Assembly (NCBI GenBank): GCA_003990765.1
Contig: RBNJ01000045.1
Span: forward strand, 1 to 47,603
From: Jimgerdemannia flammicorona
Taxonomy: Eukaryota
DNA: 47,603 bases
Direction: 5' to 3'
A program made the position numbers and the translations under genes. Shown in pieces: positions 1 to 13,248 of the stretch (within the stretch, counting starts at the first letter, position 1; each line of letters starts with the position of its first letter). The notes under the pieces were generated by a model. It saw only the letters and a list, made by a program, of their open reading frames with translations. It was not told the DNA's origin and ran no database searches.

Positions 1-189
1 TTTTGTTTTTTTTTTTTTTTTTTTTTTTTGAGAAAAGGGAGTGTGGGGGTGTGGGGGTGTGGGGGTGTGCCCATATAACCTGGATTTTTACAAGGTTATT
101 TTGCTTTTTATTTTAATTTTTAGAAAGTAAAGAAAGATTAACATAAAGTGTAGTTATTAGATTTTTTGAATCAATAATAACAATATTGA

Positions 190-1100
190 GTAGATCAGAA
201 AAATCTCAAGGCCAAATTTATCTAGACTCAGTTCCATATCTCAAGTCTGCAGAATTTCAAAATATTAAGAATTCTGAGGCTTGATCTTCTAGAAGGCCAG
301 ATAATAATACTTTATATATAAAATTTGGAGGAAGTAAGATGGTAATATTCTGTCAAGTCTTCTGAAAAAGAATACTAATATTGATTTCAAACTGCAACAT
401 TTTTGGAGTTCTCTACTTTGCCAGCTGGTATTCTAAATTTACACTGCAATTGTATTATCTTGAATGCTGATATAGAAGAAGTTATTCTCATTATTTAGAG
501 GGGGATGTTGAGAGATCAAGTAAGCCAGATTTTGATGGATATTTGTGAGGAGGTATTCAAAGTTCAGAAAGCTAGATTGTGTGGCAAAGCTCAAGCTAGA
601 ACTGGATCTTACATATCAGCTGGCTATACTTTAATCTATTCTGGAGAGATATATTATTATATCTCATCTCTTAATTATTTTAAACAAAAAATTGGATAAG
701 ATAAATGGAAGAAATATGAAATAGCTATTATGGAGATGGCTTCACTTCTTTTTAACACTTCTTGCCAGATGTGGTGACAAATTCCCCTACTTCACCCAAT
801 TTTTAACCAATTCAATACTCTCTATTATTTATCTTCTAAGGAAATTTCAAGGGATATTCCAACATCCTCAGTATTCTCAGTATTCTTGATATTCTCAGCA
901 TCCTCAGCATCTCTGGCATCCTCAATATTCCTGGCATTCCCAGTATTCCCAGTATTCTTAGCATCTCTAGCATCTCCAGTATTCCTAACTTCAGTATCCT
1001 TAGTATCTTTGACATCTCTAACTTTAGTGTCAGAGTTTTCAACTTTGGCACCAGCATCTTCATTAGCTTTGAAATTACCTAGAATAGATGGTAGTCAGAT
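190..1100 (-). pseudogene. Degenerate reading frame of unknown family, possibly cargo of the hAT-like element ending at 1900
   Basis: One minus frame reads through the 9-bp repeat for ~300 codons with scattered TAG/TGA/TAA stops; no domain recognised. Confidence 0.3.
860..1030. repeat. Degenerate 9-bp tandem repeat (e.g. CATCCTCAG/TATTCTCAG)
   Basis: Visible 9-nt periodicity; on the minus strand it encodes a tripeptide repeat (NTGDARDAKNTGNTGNARNIEDARDAEDAE). Confidence 0.85.
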
Positions 1101-1689
1101 GAATCTGGGTTAATCTAGGATATATTTTAGACTTAGAGGATTTCAGTTTGAGTAAAATATAGCAAAAGTCAGCAATATATTTTTTGGCTAATATATAAAC
1201 TATCTTACTTATACTGATTAAGATATAATACCTATTTTACTCTATATTATCAAATGTAAAGAACAGTATACCTCAAAATCTAAAGGCTTATTCTATAATT
1301 TGGCTTATGGTATTAGAGTTCCACTAGAGTATATTTCACTCAAATTAACTATACAGTTCAATAATTATTGGAGATGGAGAAGTTTTGAACAGTTTATCTC
1401 TAAGTGTTTATCACAGAACCTTGGAAGCTATGTACTGCTATAAATATTTTTTTTGGAAACTTAGAAGAGCAAAAAAAATCCATAGATATTTTGTATATTT
1501 GGTAACTGATTTTCATATTATGTCTTAGTTATTGAGTATTTGGTAGAAGTTTAGCAGATATAGTATCCTTTTTTCAGGTTTTTTTTTCTACCAAAGAATT
1601 GTCCTTTTTGATGGGCTTGTTAATTTGCACTAGTTGACTCCTAATTCATTTTGGTTTGTCATCTAAAGAATTTACTGAGATTTTAGCTC

Positions 1690-1900
1690 CTGAGGTAAAT
1701 TTGAGCTGATTCAATTTGGGTTCAAATCAACCTGAACTCATCATATAATGAATTCAAATTTGAACTGATTTGAATTCATTACAGGATGAATTTAGATTGA
1801 TTTAAATTCATCATGTGATAAATTTGAACTGGCTTGAATCAGTCATGTAGTTGACAAATTCAAATTAGATTCGAATTTCTCTAACTCAATTGGAGTACTA
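1690..1900. mobile_element. Right terminus (TIR plus subterminal GATTC/GAATT-type repeats) of a hAT-family element whose left end is not seen in the window
   Basis: Ends ...CTAACTCAATTGGAGTACTA at 1900; reverse complement TAGTACTCCAATTGAGTTAG matches the TIR TAGTGCTCCGAACGAGTCAA at 16937 and the ends of 31594-37971; preceded by the same kind of pentamer-rich subterminal array. Confidence 0.7.
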
Positions 1901-2089
1901 TATAGAACAGAGTGTCTATTAACAGACTAGCTAACTGAGAGGGGTTTGAACCTAGCTAGTAGCCTCATTTCAGTAGACTTCTTATTCACTAGATATTCTG
2001 CTGGTTCTGGGGTCACAAAGTAAACTTTCAATATATAAGATACTGATTATTGCTGTAGGTTATCAATAATTCAAGAAAGTCACTATAGA

Positions 2090-5017
2090 GATTAGATAAT
2101 ATATTTTGCTTTAAAGTCTTGAATCAGGTCTTGAGAGTTCTTAAGATTGATCAGTGGTTCTCAGATAGTATCATATTTGGGATAGCCCATCTACTTGATT
2201 AGGTATTCAGGATAATAGTAGTAGATTTGCTTGTTAAGGATTTTCTCAACCTTATACTTAATATGGTCTTCAATAATTATATAGGTAGATAGCTTGAGAA
2301 TTTGACCAGGGTAGAGTAGTGACTAGTTCCAGGTCTTAAGGTGTGACATATGAAAGACTGGATATACTCTCATAATTTCAGATAGCTTGAGGCAGTAGGA
2401 GGAAGCAGAGACTTATTCAGTAATCTCAAAGAGTCTAATATACTTAGATTGGAACTTTTTTGATAAATGGTTGACTTGAGATTGTTCTCAGTAGATAGTA
2501 GAAATTAATTACTAATAGTGTAGATAATATCATGGTGTTTATTGTCAGCATACTTAGCTTGATATAGTTGGGCCTTCTGGAGGTTTATAGTAAATCTTGA
2601 GTAGTTTGTCTATTTTGTCTATAAGGTACTTGGGTAGTAGAGACTTATATTTGACTGCTTTTCTTAAAAGAGACTTGACTTATAGAGGTCTTGGAATCTT
2701 AATCATAGAGTAGCTAAAAAGGAGAAAGGCTAGTAGATGATTAAATGGTATTATTATATGCAAATTCTACATAAGTTAAGTAATGGTCTCAATCATCTTG
2801 CTCATAAGAAATATAGTTTTTAAGCATCTGTTCTAGGGTTGTGTTTATGTATTTGGTTTGTCTATCAGTTTGTAGGTAAAAGACAGTAGACATAGCCAAT
2901 TGGATTCTCAGAATCTTAAAGAGAGTTTGCCAAAAGTAACTAGTGAACTTGGGGTCATGATTACTGACAATTACTCATAGTAGGCTATAGTGACAGAAGA
3001 TAAACTTGAAGAAGATTTTTATAATCTTGATTGCAGTAGTATTGATAGTAGTTAATTCAGTAACTATAGTCTTGATCAGACAGTCAATAAATATGATGAT
3101 AGTATCAGCTCCAGATTGGGTTCATGGTAGTTAAGTTATAAAATCCATTATAACTTATTTGAATTTCTTAGTTAGAATTAGCAGGAGTTATAGTAAACTG
3201 GCTGATACTTAGTTGGTAGACTTGTTGTACTGATAGAGATTATAGTTAGCAATATAGTTCTTAATTTCCTTGACCATACTTGGCCAATAGTAGTAGTGTT
3301 GAATGTTCTTAACTATTTTCTCAATTTCAAGATAACCAGTAAGAGGGGAGTTAGGGTGTTCTTATAGTATCTTATAGTATAGATTCATGTTATCAGATAG
3401 ATAGACTTGATCTTAATGAGAGATCAGGTTGTCCTCAATGGTATATATATCCTTGAGCTTATTCAAGGAAACTTTAATAGCAATAGTGTCTTCTTAGTAA
3501 GCTTGTCTGATCTGGTCTAAAAATTTAGATACTAAGGTGACCTGTATAATTATGGCAAGATCTGGGCATCTAGATAAGATATCTAGTATTACAAGTATCT
3601 TACCAGATTTGTAGATAATCATCAGGTTGAAGATTTTTGAGACTCTACTTGGCTTATAGATATGACAGAGTAGATTTACTTAAGTGCTTGATAGTCAGTA
3701 ATGATATCAAACTCAATATCTTCTAAGTAGAATTGCTAGTAGTCTAGTATATATATTATTACCAATAGCTTCTTCTTATGAGTGGCTAGTTTTTATTTAG
3801 CTAGAGCCAACTTATAGGACTCAAAGACAATAGAGCAATGTCCTTTGCTATCTTTTTATAACAGAACTATTCTAATGGCAAAATTCAACACATTTGTAGT
3901 AATAGTGAATTTTAGACTTAGATCTGCATTATATAGGACTGGAGTGTGAGTCAGGCAGTTTTTGAGTTCTTGGAAGACTTGCTGACAGAAGAGGTCCTAG
4001 GTATAGGGTATATAGTAATCAGAGTGAGGTGCCTTTCTCATGAAGTTAGTCAGTGGCTCAGCAATACCAGAGAAGTTTCTGACAAAGTGACAGTAGTAGC
4101 TAGCTAGACCAAGAAAGGACCAGAGTTCTGTAAAATTTGATAAAATAGGTTATTCTTGAATTACCTCTATCTTGTGTAGGTCAATTTGAATTTTTTGTAT
4201 AGAGACAATATAGCCAAGATATTCAACTTGTTCTTTGAAGAATTCATACTTCTTGAGCTTTGCATAAAGCTTATATTTTTGCAATATCTCCAGAACTATT
4301 CAGATATACTTGAGGTATTCTTCTTTAGTTGCACTAAAGATCAAGATATTATCAAGATATACTAATAAGAAGATAAATAGTTGGTCCTTGAATATCTTAT
4401 TCATGAGGGTCTAAAATATGGCAGATATATTAGTAAGATCAAATACTAGGACTAGAAATTCATAAAGTCAAAAAGAGATCATAAATATAGCCTTGGGAAT
4501 ATCTTCTGGCTTGATTTGGATTTGGTGGTATCCTGATATGAGGTCCAACTTAGTGAAATACTTAGCATTCTTGAAAGTATCAAAAATTTAATTAGTCAAG
4601 GGTAGTAGATATTGGTTCTTAACTATAATCTTGTTAAGTATATAGTAGTCTATATATATTTATGGAGTACTATTCTTCTTCTTGACAAATAGGACTGGTG
4701 AGCTATAGTGGGATTTGCTTGGTTGAATGGCTTCTTATATATATAAGTAGTTCTTCTAGTACTTTCTTGACTGCTTCAATTTTGAGAGATAATATGTGGT
4801 ATATATATATCTTGAATAGTATAGTAGCTCTTAGTATCAGTTTGATTTCATAATCAACTTCTCATACAGATAGTAGACCAGAAAGCTTATCTGGGAAGAT
4901 ATCCTTGAATTCTCAAGTCGTAGCTTAATGCTTTTATTATTTGACAGCTTCTTGTCTTATTTCTTAGGATAGACTATGGCAACAAAGGTATGTACAGCCT
5001 TATCTTTCTCAGCTACT
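2090..5017 (-). mobile_element. Ty3/Gypsy (chromovirus-type) pol remnant: RT-RNaseH-integrase-chromodomain
   Basis: Minus translation: RT FLLVYLDNILIFS (~4340-4380, YLDD-like); RNaseH FTITTNVLNFAIRIVL (~3860-3910); integrase IVSNHDPKFTSYFWQTLFKIL...QTDRQTK (~2850-2970); chromodomain EYLIK*MGYPKYDTI*EPLINLKN (~2140-2210). Confidence 0.9.
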
Positions 5018-6350
5018 ATTCATGTTACACACACTTTTACAATATACTTTCAAGACATTTATTGGAGAAAGATACTAAGATCATAGCAACCAACATGTGA
5101 GCTGATATGCATGCTAGGTTGGGTGGACCTGGAGCCTTAGACTGGTATGTATATATTGGGTGAGGTTATGGATTAGGAATGGGGTCTTTAGGGGGTCTAA
5201 GTGGACAGGATAGTTTAGGCAGTAGTAGTGGCACTAGGGGAGAAGCAGGAGGGCAGAGGGGGAGAAGCTTTGCTGATATGCTGAAGACTGGAGGATGGCC
5301 TGTTGGATCTTGTGGTAGGCAGGTAGAGGGGAAGAGAAAGCAGAGGGAAGAAGAAGTGGGAGGTACAACACCTCAGCCAGTAGATGGCAGAGCTAGTGGA
5401 GCAGCAGCTAGGAGTAGAGAGGGGACTGCTGATGGTAGTATGACTGGGAATCTGGAAAAAAATCCAGATGTGACAGTTGATGATGGAGCTGGGCAGATGG
5501 GACCAAAGAGGAAGGGAGACCTGGCTGATGGTGTAATGGGGCTGGCAGTAGCACCATTACTCAAGAAGTTGATCTCAGAGTTTGCTGTGATCTTGAACTT
5601 CTGGGGCTTAGTAGTAATGGTGAGGATGGTCCTGATTATCTCAAAGCAGGTGGCTGGAGCTGCCTCAGTAAAGTTCCTGAAGAGATTAGAGGGGATTGAA
5701 GTGGGCTTTGAGGAGGCAGGCCCACTGAAAGAAGCATTGAAAACTGGAGTAGTAGTAGGAGAGGTAGTGGTCCCTATGGTATAGCGTTTGAGGTGGGACC
5801 CCAGAGTGGTTCAGTTACTTATAAAGAGGGTGTCTATGGTGACAAAGGTTGAGACTAAGAGGAGGGTGGAGGAGGTTATGGCAGAGTATGGTGATATAGT
5901 GGATATCAGATTCCAGATGTGGGAGGGGACTACTTTCAGGACAGAAGACATTGACATCAGGATTAGACTGGCTGGGAGGGAGGCTATGGGGAAGATGAGT
6001 AACTGGCCTTCAGTAATAATATAGGGGGCTTTCATCTATAAGGTGTCGAGGGTGAAAGGGAGTGAGGAGGAGGAGGAGGATTTGTTGAAGGCTCTGGAGG
6101 AGATGAGTGGAGTAGTAGAGGGTAAAGGCCTGGAAGTTGTATATAGAGTCAATATATTTGGAGATTGTAGATGGGAAATATATTCACACTGACAAGAGAC
6201 ACAAGAAGCAGAGAGAGTTGTTGGTGAGTATGGAAGGAGGGGTGAAAAAGAATACTGGGGGCACTGAGGAGTCTGGGGGTGTCAAAGCAAGTGTCTGAAT
6301 TAGTAAGAGAGGAGGGGATGTAGAGGAGGGTCTGGATAGAGCCAGGAAGA
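5018..6350 (+). mobile_element. L1/Tx1-like LINE 5' UTR plus ORF1 N-terminal fragment
   Basis: ORFs 5179-5784 and 5788-6024 (KGDLADGVMGLAVAPLLKK, RWDPRVVQL) are homologous to ORF1 of the full LINE at 43056-43505; starts ATTCATGTTACAC like the other copies. Confidence 0.85.
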
Positions 6351-6351
6351 T

Positions 6352-6957
6352 GCACTATCTTCACAGTCACTGCCAGGCCTTAGAAGCACATCATGACTAC
6401 AAATTCAGATCTCAACTTCTTGAGTAAAGGTGCTACCACCAATCCTATTATACCATCAGCAAGATCACCCAGCCTCATGCCCATCCCATGGCTTGGTCCA
6501 CCATCAGCAGTTCCATCTAGATTTTTTTCCAGATTGCCTGTCACACTCCCATCAGCAGTTACTCCTTCAGCTACTACACTGCTAGCCCCCCTACTCTGGC
6601 CCTCCAGAGGAGCTCCCCACTTCCCCCCAGCAGCTGCCCTCCCCTTCTCCAGCTCCAGCCATCTCTCCAGTCCCTTTGCCTGAGCTCCCATCTTGACCTT
6701 ATCAGCAAAGGTCAACCATCCTATCTCCTACTGCCTCAAACTACCTCTTCCACCACCTCCAGCCCCCTGGCCCCTCAGAGCAGTGCTCAGCATCTCCAAA
6801 CCTGTACCTTGACCCCTCCCCACATACTGCCAGTCAAAGGCACTGAGGCTGCCCTGCCTCATATGCTCTCCAGATTACTCATTGCTCATTATGTTATTAT
6901 TACCTTTTTACCAAAAATATCAATTGAAATGTTGTCTGAAGTTCATGTAACCTGAAT
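6352..6957 (-). mobile_element. Second LINE 5' fragment of the same family, opposite orientation
   Basis: ORF 6380-6715 (EGVTADGSVTGNLEKN...GDLADGIIGLVVAPLLKK) matches 5179-5784; 5' end reads ATTCAGGTTACA on the minus strand. Confidence 0.85.
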
Positions 6958-8259
6958 GTTACCATTCAAAGAGTATATACTTATCTACTTTAGACTCAAA
7001 TTTGTCTCTATACTACTTTTATCTAGAATATAAGCCTCACTTCCAAATATCCATAGGTGTGAGATATCTAGCTTAGCTCTACTCTATAATTCCTCAGAAG
7101 TAAGATCACTATTATTTCTAGATTATTGATCATTCCTAGATTGTTAATTATTCCTGGATTATTAATTATTCCTAATTGATAATTGTGAGATCTGCTAGAT
7201 CTGCTGGAATCCTTACTTAGAGCTCAAGAAATACAATAATTTTGAGTATATACTACTGTATTCACTGCTTTGACTCAGAAGAAGTAGTAAGTCAGTCATA
7301 TTCATCATTGTTTGAGCTATCTCAACTACTATTTGATTAAAGTATTCCATTATACTATTTTATTCAGATAATAGAGAGCCATTATAGAGTATTGAATACT
7401 ATACTTTTTCAAAAAGTGTTTAAAGGCTTTGTTGATATATTTCTTGCCATTATCTGAGTATAGGGTCCATATCTTATATCTCATCTCATTCTCCATAGTT
7501 GTCTTAAATTCTCAGAATTATTCAAATATCTCATTCTTTACTATAAGGAAGTATGAATAGGCTTTATAAGTATAATTATTAATAAAAGTAATAAAATACT
7601 TCTTCCCAGAGTATATTACTGATGATATAGAGCTGTAGATATATATATATATTATGTTGAAAATGTTAGCTACTTGCTTTGTCTATTTCTGAAAAGATTA
7701 CTGAAAAGCCTTGTTTGCTATATATCTATTATAAAAGAAATTTAGTGATATATAGTCTAGTAATCATCTCATGTTCTAAGCTCATCTTACTGATGTGTCT
7801 TAAGCATTCATGCAATATGTGCCAGAGATCCTCTCTAATTATAACAGAATATACAGATAATATACCACTTAGTATACTATTAATTATATATAGGTTTCTC
7901 CTTTTTTAACATATATATTAGCTCCTTATTATTCTTTAGATTGATTCCCATTATACTGTTCAGTTATATATTTACTCCTTTATCTCCTTGAGTCATCTTT
8001 CAGCCTATTGAGAAGAGGTTCTTACTTATATCTATAGTATATAGTATATCTACAAAAGTGTCTAAGGATTCATCCACTTTCCTATGTAGATATATACTAA
8101 TATTATTCTTAAGATAACATTATTATTACCTAATTTGATAGATACAGAGTGCTTGAACTTCTCATATATAGAGAACTACTCATGATATACTATTATATAC
8201 TGTATTATATTGAAATCTATAAGCCAGACTTCTTCACTATATATATAAGTACTTGGTAT
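6958..8259 (-). mobile_element. Ty1/Copia remnant, protease-integrase part
   Basis: Minus translation: VWLIDF (protease WxIDSG-like, ~8215-8235); GKKYFITFINNYTYKAYSYFL...IWTLYSDNGKKY (integrase, ~7440-7620); FNQIVVEIAQTMM...KAVNTVVY (~7250-7345); very AT/TpA-rich. Confidence 0.85.
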
Positions 8260-8828
8260 TATAACATGCCCAGCTCAATTAAGGTGAATTATAAGGTTGG
8301 GGGTTGGTGTAGTTTGGCTTAAGCCCCCAGTTACTTTGTCAAAAAGCAATAAAATGTTCTAAGATTTCTGAGATCCTTGGTATTTAGTGGTATAATAGTT
8401 AATCTGAATATAATAGTCATTCCACTGATCACATAGTGGTTGATTTGTGTATTGGTTTCCTTATTGGGTTAACTGGGAATTGGTAGAATTTCATATATGG
8501 CATGAGTAGTTTCCTTCTTAAGTGATAGGTGATTTCTGTATAGCATGATAATCTCCTTATATATGATGGTCTGGTAATTTAGCAGTTTCCTTTCTGAGTG
8601 ATGGGTGATCTCTGTGTAGTGCTCTCAAATAAATTGAATCAATTCAAATTGAGTTTGAATCAAATCAAATTCAAATTAAATTGAGGGTCTGATTCAAAAC
8701 CTATTTTTAGAAATTCCAAATTCAATGGTCCTTAGCTTGTTAGATTCCCCTATATAAGAGGAATCTAACTAGCTAAAGATCATTGAATTTGGATGTGTAT
8801 TTGTTGAGTTATTTAATTTCTAAAAATA
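8076..8828 (+). repeat. Left copy of a ~750-bp direct duplication (Copia piece + Gypsy LTR start 8260-8616 + MITE start 8617-8828)
   Basis: Colinear with 17942-18693 from ACTTTCCTATGTAGAT to ATTTCTAAAAATA; differences seen are mostly transitions. Confidence 0.95.
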
Positions 8829-11800
8829 TTTTTATTTTTTTTTTATTATAAAATGAGTAGAGAATAGAGGAATAGTTTAGAGCAAGATGTGATGCTGTTA
8901 TGGTAGATATGAAAATTGGTAGTAAAAGGTCAAACAGTGAACAGAAAAAGCTTTTTGTGAATTTTCATAACAGAACAAGAAAACAGAATAAAGTGTTATC
9001 CGAAGCAAGGTGCAATAGATCTGCAACCTGCCCTCGGCACCACAGTACATGGCGGTCTTTATTCAAAAAAGAGAACAAAGTTCAGGTAAACAAAGATACA
9101 GACTAACCCCGGAATTCCAGAATTGGACAGGTGCATAAGTACCTAGACCTTGCCCTAATCCAAACAAAGGTCTGAATCAGACTTCATCGATCTACACACA
9201 TGACAGACTATTAAAAACCTGATATAGAAACAATCAGGAAAAGGTACTGGTCACGTGATATAATGTTACACAAACAATAAACAATGCTAAAAACGGAACT
9301 AGACCAATGATGTGTTATGTATTGTTACATAATTGTCACTTATAGGTTTAAAAACCTAAAAATTATCAGCACCCAAAGGCGTAGGTGTCAGGCCTAGAGC
9401 CTCATGACCAGAGCAGAGTAGAGCCTCAGCACTAGAGCGAGTGAAGCAAGTGGAGGTAGACAGGCATCACGGAGCATAGGTATGCAGGCGTCAGGCCTAG
9501 AGTCTTATGCCAGAGGTTGTTCAGCAATTTTTCATGTTTTTAAACATTGCACAGCATGTACAGGTGGTGCAGCCTTCATGGAGGACTTAGAGTGAAGTTG
9601 GTATTTGAGACGACATTAAGAATAGTAAAACCATTCTTCCGGATAATGATTGGTCATCAGGCGGTTGCAGGGAAACCAAAATGAAGCAAAGTGGTACATA
9701 GAGTCTTGTTGGGCTGTTGATGTAGCCATCAGGACATGTCGTATTGGACAACAAGCAATGGCAGAGTGGGGAATGGGGGGGTGGGGAATAAGGGGAGGGG
9801 TGAGAAGTGAAGTTTGGACCTCAAGCCAATCAACCAAACTCAATTGAGTGGTAATAACATCAATAGGGTATCCTTTCCTGTGAACCAGGAACTCGGCCAA
9901 AGACTGACACTCATCAAGCCAATCATGGTGAGATGAGCAGAGTAGTGAAAGGCAGTGGGCCTCATTCATAATACATAGATGGAGTGTCTTCCTAGGATGA
10001 TTGCTCAACCAGTTGACAAACTGAGTACTATGTGGAAACTTGGCAAAACAGCCTGTGCAGAACAGTGTGACTTGGATTTCCAGGTCTAAGTAATGGCATG
10101 GTCTGGCAGACAAGACTTCCCATTCGATATGATGGTGCAGAGGGTACATAGCACTAAAGATCAAGGCCAAGTCCATAATCACAGGTGTAAAGATGATAAG
10201 ATTGTCAATATACTGGCAGAACTTTAGCCTGGCAGTGATAGCTTGGCTGAGCAGATGATCAGGTACTTGTAAGGCATACACAACTCATGAGCAAAGCCAA
10301 CCAGATTGGCAAGATCCAGAGCACAATTAGTGCCCATAGCAATACCAGTCATGGAGCAGAAGGAACCAATGGCAGATGTGAATGTCATATGAGTCATAAC
10401 TATGTTAACAAGGCCAAGAATGGCTTCAAGCAATAAAGAGCCAGGGGGGAAGGCCACCATCGACAAAAAAGTGAGGCAGTCGATGTACTCATCAAGTGTG
10501 ATCCTGGTGTAAAAGGTGGCAAAATCCCCAGTAGTAATGTAGTTGTAATCTCACATGTCAAGGTAATCCAATCAAACCAATTATAACAGTTCTAACATAT
10601 CATGTAGAGGTGAATAATGTGAATAACCCACATTATGGCACAGATGGGCTGACCACAGGTGGAGAAAGCAAGATAGGAAACGTGAAATCTCAGTTATGGG
10701 AGAGTTAAATGTACCAATGATAGGACACCATGCTATATGAGCCCCTTTGTATACCTTGGGCAAAGCATGAAACATGGGCAGCTTACAATCATTGGGCTCT
10801 ATGAGGTGTTCCAAAATCAGTATACAACTCCAGTCGCTGATACAGAACTCGAGTAGACCAAGCAGGTCTAGCCTCACTGATTTCTTAACATTATCAATCA
10901 TAGAGAAATCATTCACGTATGTAGGATTGTGAAGGAGGGACCAAAGACCATCTAGATATAGAGTGCGCGGAATTACGGCGAACCCCAGATTTTTGTTAGT
11001 AAGATAGATAGTAAAGTCATCATGAGTGCAGATGCCTTTGAGAAGGTGACAGAACTTCTTTGGTATAAGTGCACCAGATACATTCGTCATAGGTCGGATG
11101 GCTTGATTTAATGCGGCACTCATATGAAGCATAATTTGCATATTTTCCATATACTGTGGCAGTCGCTATTTAGATGGCACCCAGGCAGAGATCTCTGGAA
11201 CATCATCAGAATTACCCATAAAGGTCCAGAAGGTGGTAAGGTCAAGGCATCATTGGAACGATGATAATGAAATCGGATCAATGGTACTATTCATTGAAGC
11301 TGACCTGGGGAGAACAAACTTAGGGCCAAAGTTCAGCATATACATGAGCTCGGGAGTAAGCCAAGGTGGAGATATATCAGTAACAAAGCCCTCCTCAGTA
11401 AACATCTGAAACCAAGAGATGAAAAACTGACTTAAGCGAGAACTGGGAAGAGAAGATATAAAGGCAAAATTCTCAATTGGTGTCGAGGCCACTACCCCAC
11501 ATAGAATGGGGACATCAGGGCCAAACCACACTATCGGGAAGTCATATAAGACTTCCGGGCCAGGGACCTCTAGTTTTTTGATGCTAGAGGACAGATGTCG
11601 CCAGTATTATGTCAGACGATATGATGTTTGGCAGCAGTATACTTGTTGCACTGCAGCACAAATGCTCTGGTAGTGCTCTTAGATGAGCAGCTCAAAGTTG
11701 ATGAGTGGCTGGTCCCAGTGGAAGCAGAAGAAATAGACAGAGAAGGCGAAGCCTTACATATTTGCTTGACCCCTTTTACAGAACCCACTGTCTTGGCAGG

Positions 11801-13248
11801 GGCTAGGGGGCAAGGACCCCAGTGGGCCTTCATAGGCACACTGAGGCATCCAGAACAGCTATGGCAGTTCGGCATAGCAGAGGCTGAAGTTGCACTCACC
11901 ACCATCACCTTTCCCACAGCCCCTGCAGGCATGGCAGAATTGGGTCAGAGAGTGGGGACACTCTTTTTCGGTCATGTGGAACCAGCAGCAGCAGAAGCAA
12001 ACATGCATTTCACACCCAGAGTAATGATCTCAGGGCACTTCTTAAGCTCCTCAATCACGGCTTTGCAGGTGGTAGTGGAGATCCCATCTTGCAGGAAGGA
12101 GGACACAGGGACAGTCAGGCAGACTGTGGTGGCAGCAGCTTTAGCAGTGGCAGTGGCGGCAAGATGGCAAGATTGATGCATGACAATATCAAAACCATGG
12201 AGCAGAAACAAGGTCATCTTGGCTCGGTCAGTAGTAGTGAGGGTAGCAATATTCTTACCAGCCCCTTGTGAGACATCAGTAGAGACACCAAAAAAGTTAT
12301 AGGGCTCCATCGATGCTTGCATGGCTTTGTCAATTTTAGCATACTAGTTCTTAGCATACTGGGTGGCAGTGATATTAGTAGTCATAGCAGCCTCAACCAT
12401 GGCCATGGTGCAGCGCTTGGCTTCTGCTGAAGCAGTAGCAAGGGTGGCATCACACTGCTCCTCAAGAAGGAGGGCAATCATAGCAGCTACCTTCTTGGAA
12501 GGAGTAAACTTCCAGTTGGCAACTTGGGCCTTCAAAAAATTGGCACAGTGTTCCTTCGCAGCAACGACTTCAAGGACAGAAAGCACTCTGGTGCAAGCAG
12601 TATAGAAGTAAGCAGGGACCTCGGCAGATGCAGTGGTGACATAGGCTGCCAGATTGTCAAACTATACCAAACTTGCGAAGGAAGCAGGGGGGATGGCAGC
12701 ATCGCCATCTACATTCATATTGTCTGTCATGTTGTGTATTATAAAACAAGTAGAGAATAGAGGAATAGTTTAGAGCAAGATGTGATGCTGTTACAGCGGA
12801 TATGAAGATCAGTAGTAAAAGGTCAAATAGTGAACAGAAAAAGCTTTTTGTGAATTTTCATGATAGAATAAGGAAATGGAATAAAGTGTTTTCTGAAGCA
12901 AGGTGCAATAGATCTGCAACCTGCCCTCAGCACTACAGTATGTGGTGGTCTTTATTCAAAAAAGAGAACAAAGTTCAGGTAAACAAAGATATGGATCTAA
13001 CCCCAGAATTCCAGAATTGGACAGGTGCATAAGTACCCAGACCTTGTCCCGATCCAAACAAAGGTCTGAATTGGGCTTCATCAATCTACACACATGATGG
13101 GCCATTAAAAACCTGATATAGAAACAATTGGGAAAAGGTACCGGTCACGTGATCTAATGTTACACAAACAATAAACAATGCTAAAAACGGAACTAGACTA
13201 ATGACATATCATGTATTGTTATGTGATTATTACTTATAGGTTTAAAAA
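8829..13248 (-). mobile_element. Penelope-like retroelement copy A (ORF1 + RT, no endonuclease seen), poly(A) at left end, ~510-bp 5' pseudo-LTR
   Basis: RT motifs TNKNLGFAVI, KLPMFHALPKVYK..WCPII, TGIAMGTNCALDLANL, FCQYIDNLIIF, HYLDLEI, SNHP; T-tract ~8829-8844; 12737-13248 repeats the 3' end (~8845-9355); ORF1 ATG at 12730. Confidence 0.85.

Noticed and set aside
37-70. (GTGTGGGGG)3 G-rich tract after poly-T as a G-quadruplex or telomere
   Set aside because: Too short and at the window edge; no context to support a function
1930-1965. B-box-like GGTTCAAACCC (minus strand) suggesting a tRNA or SINE
   Set aside because: No A-box or cloverleaf could be built
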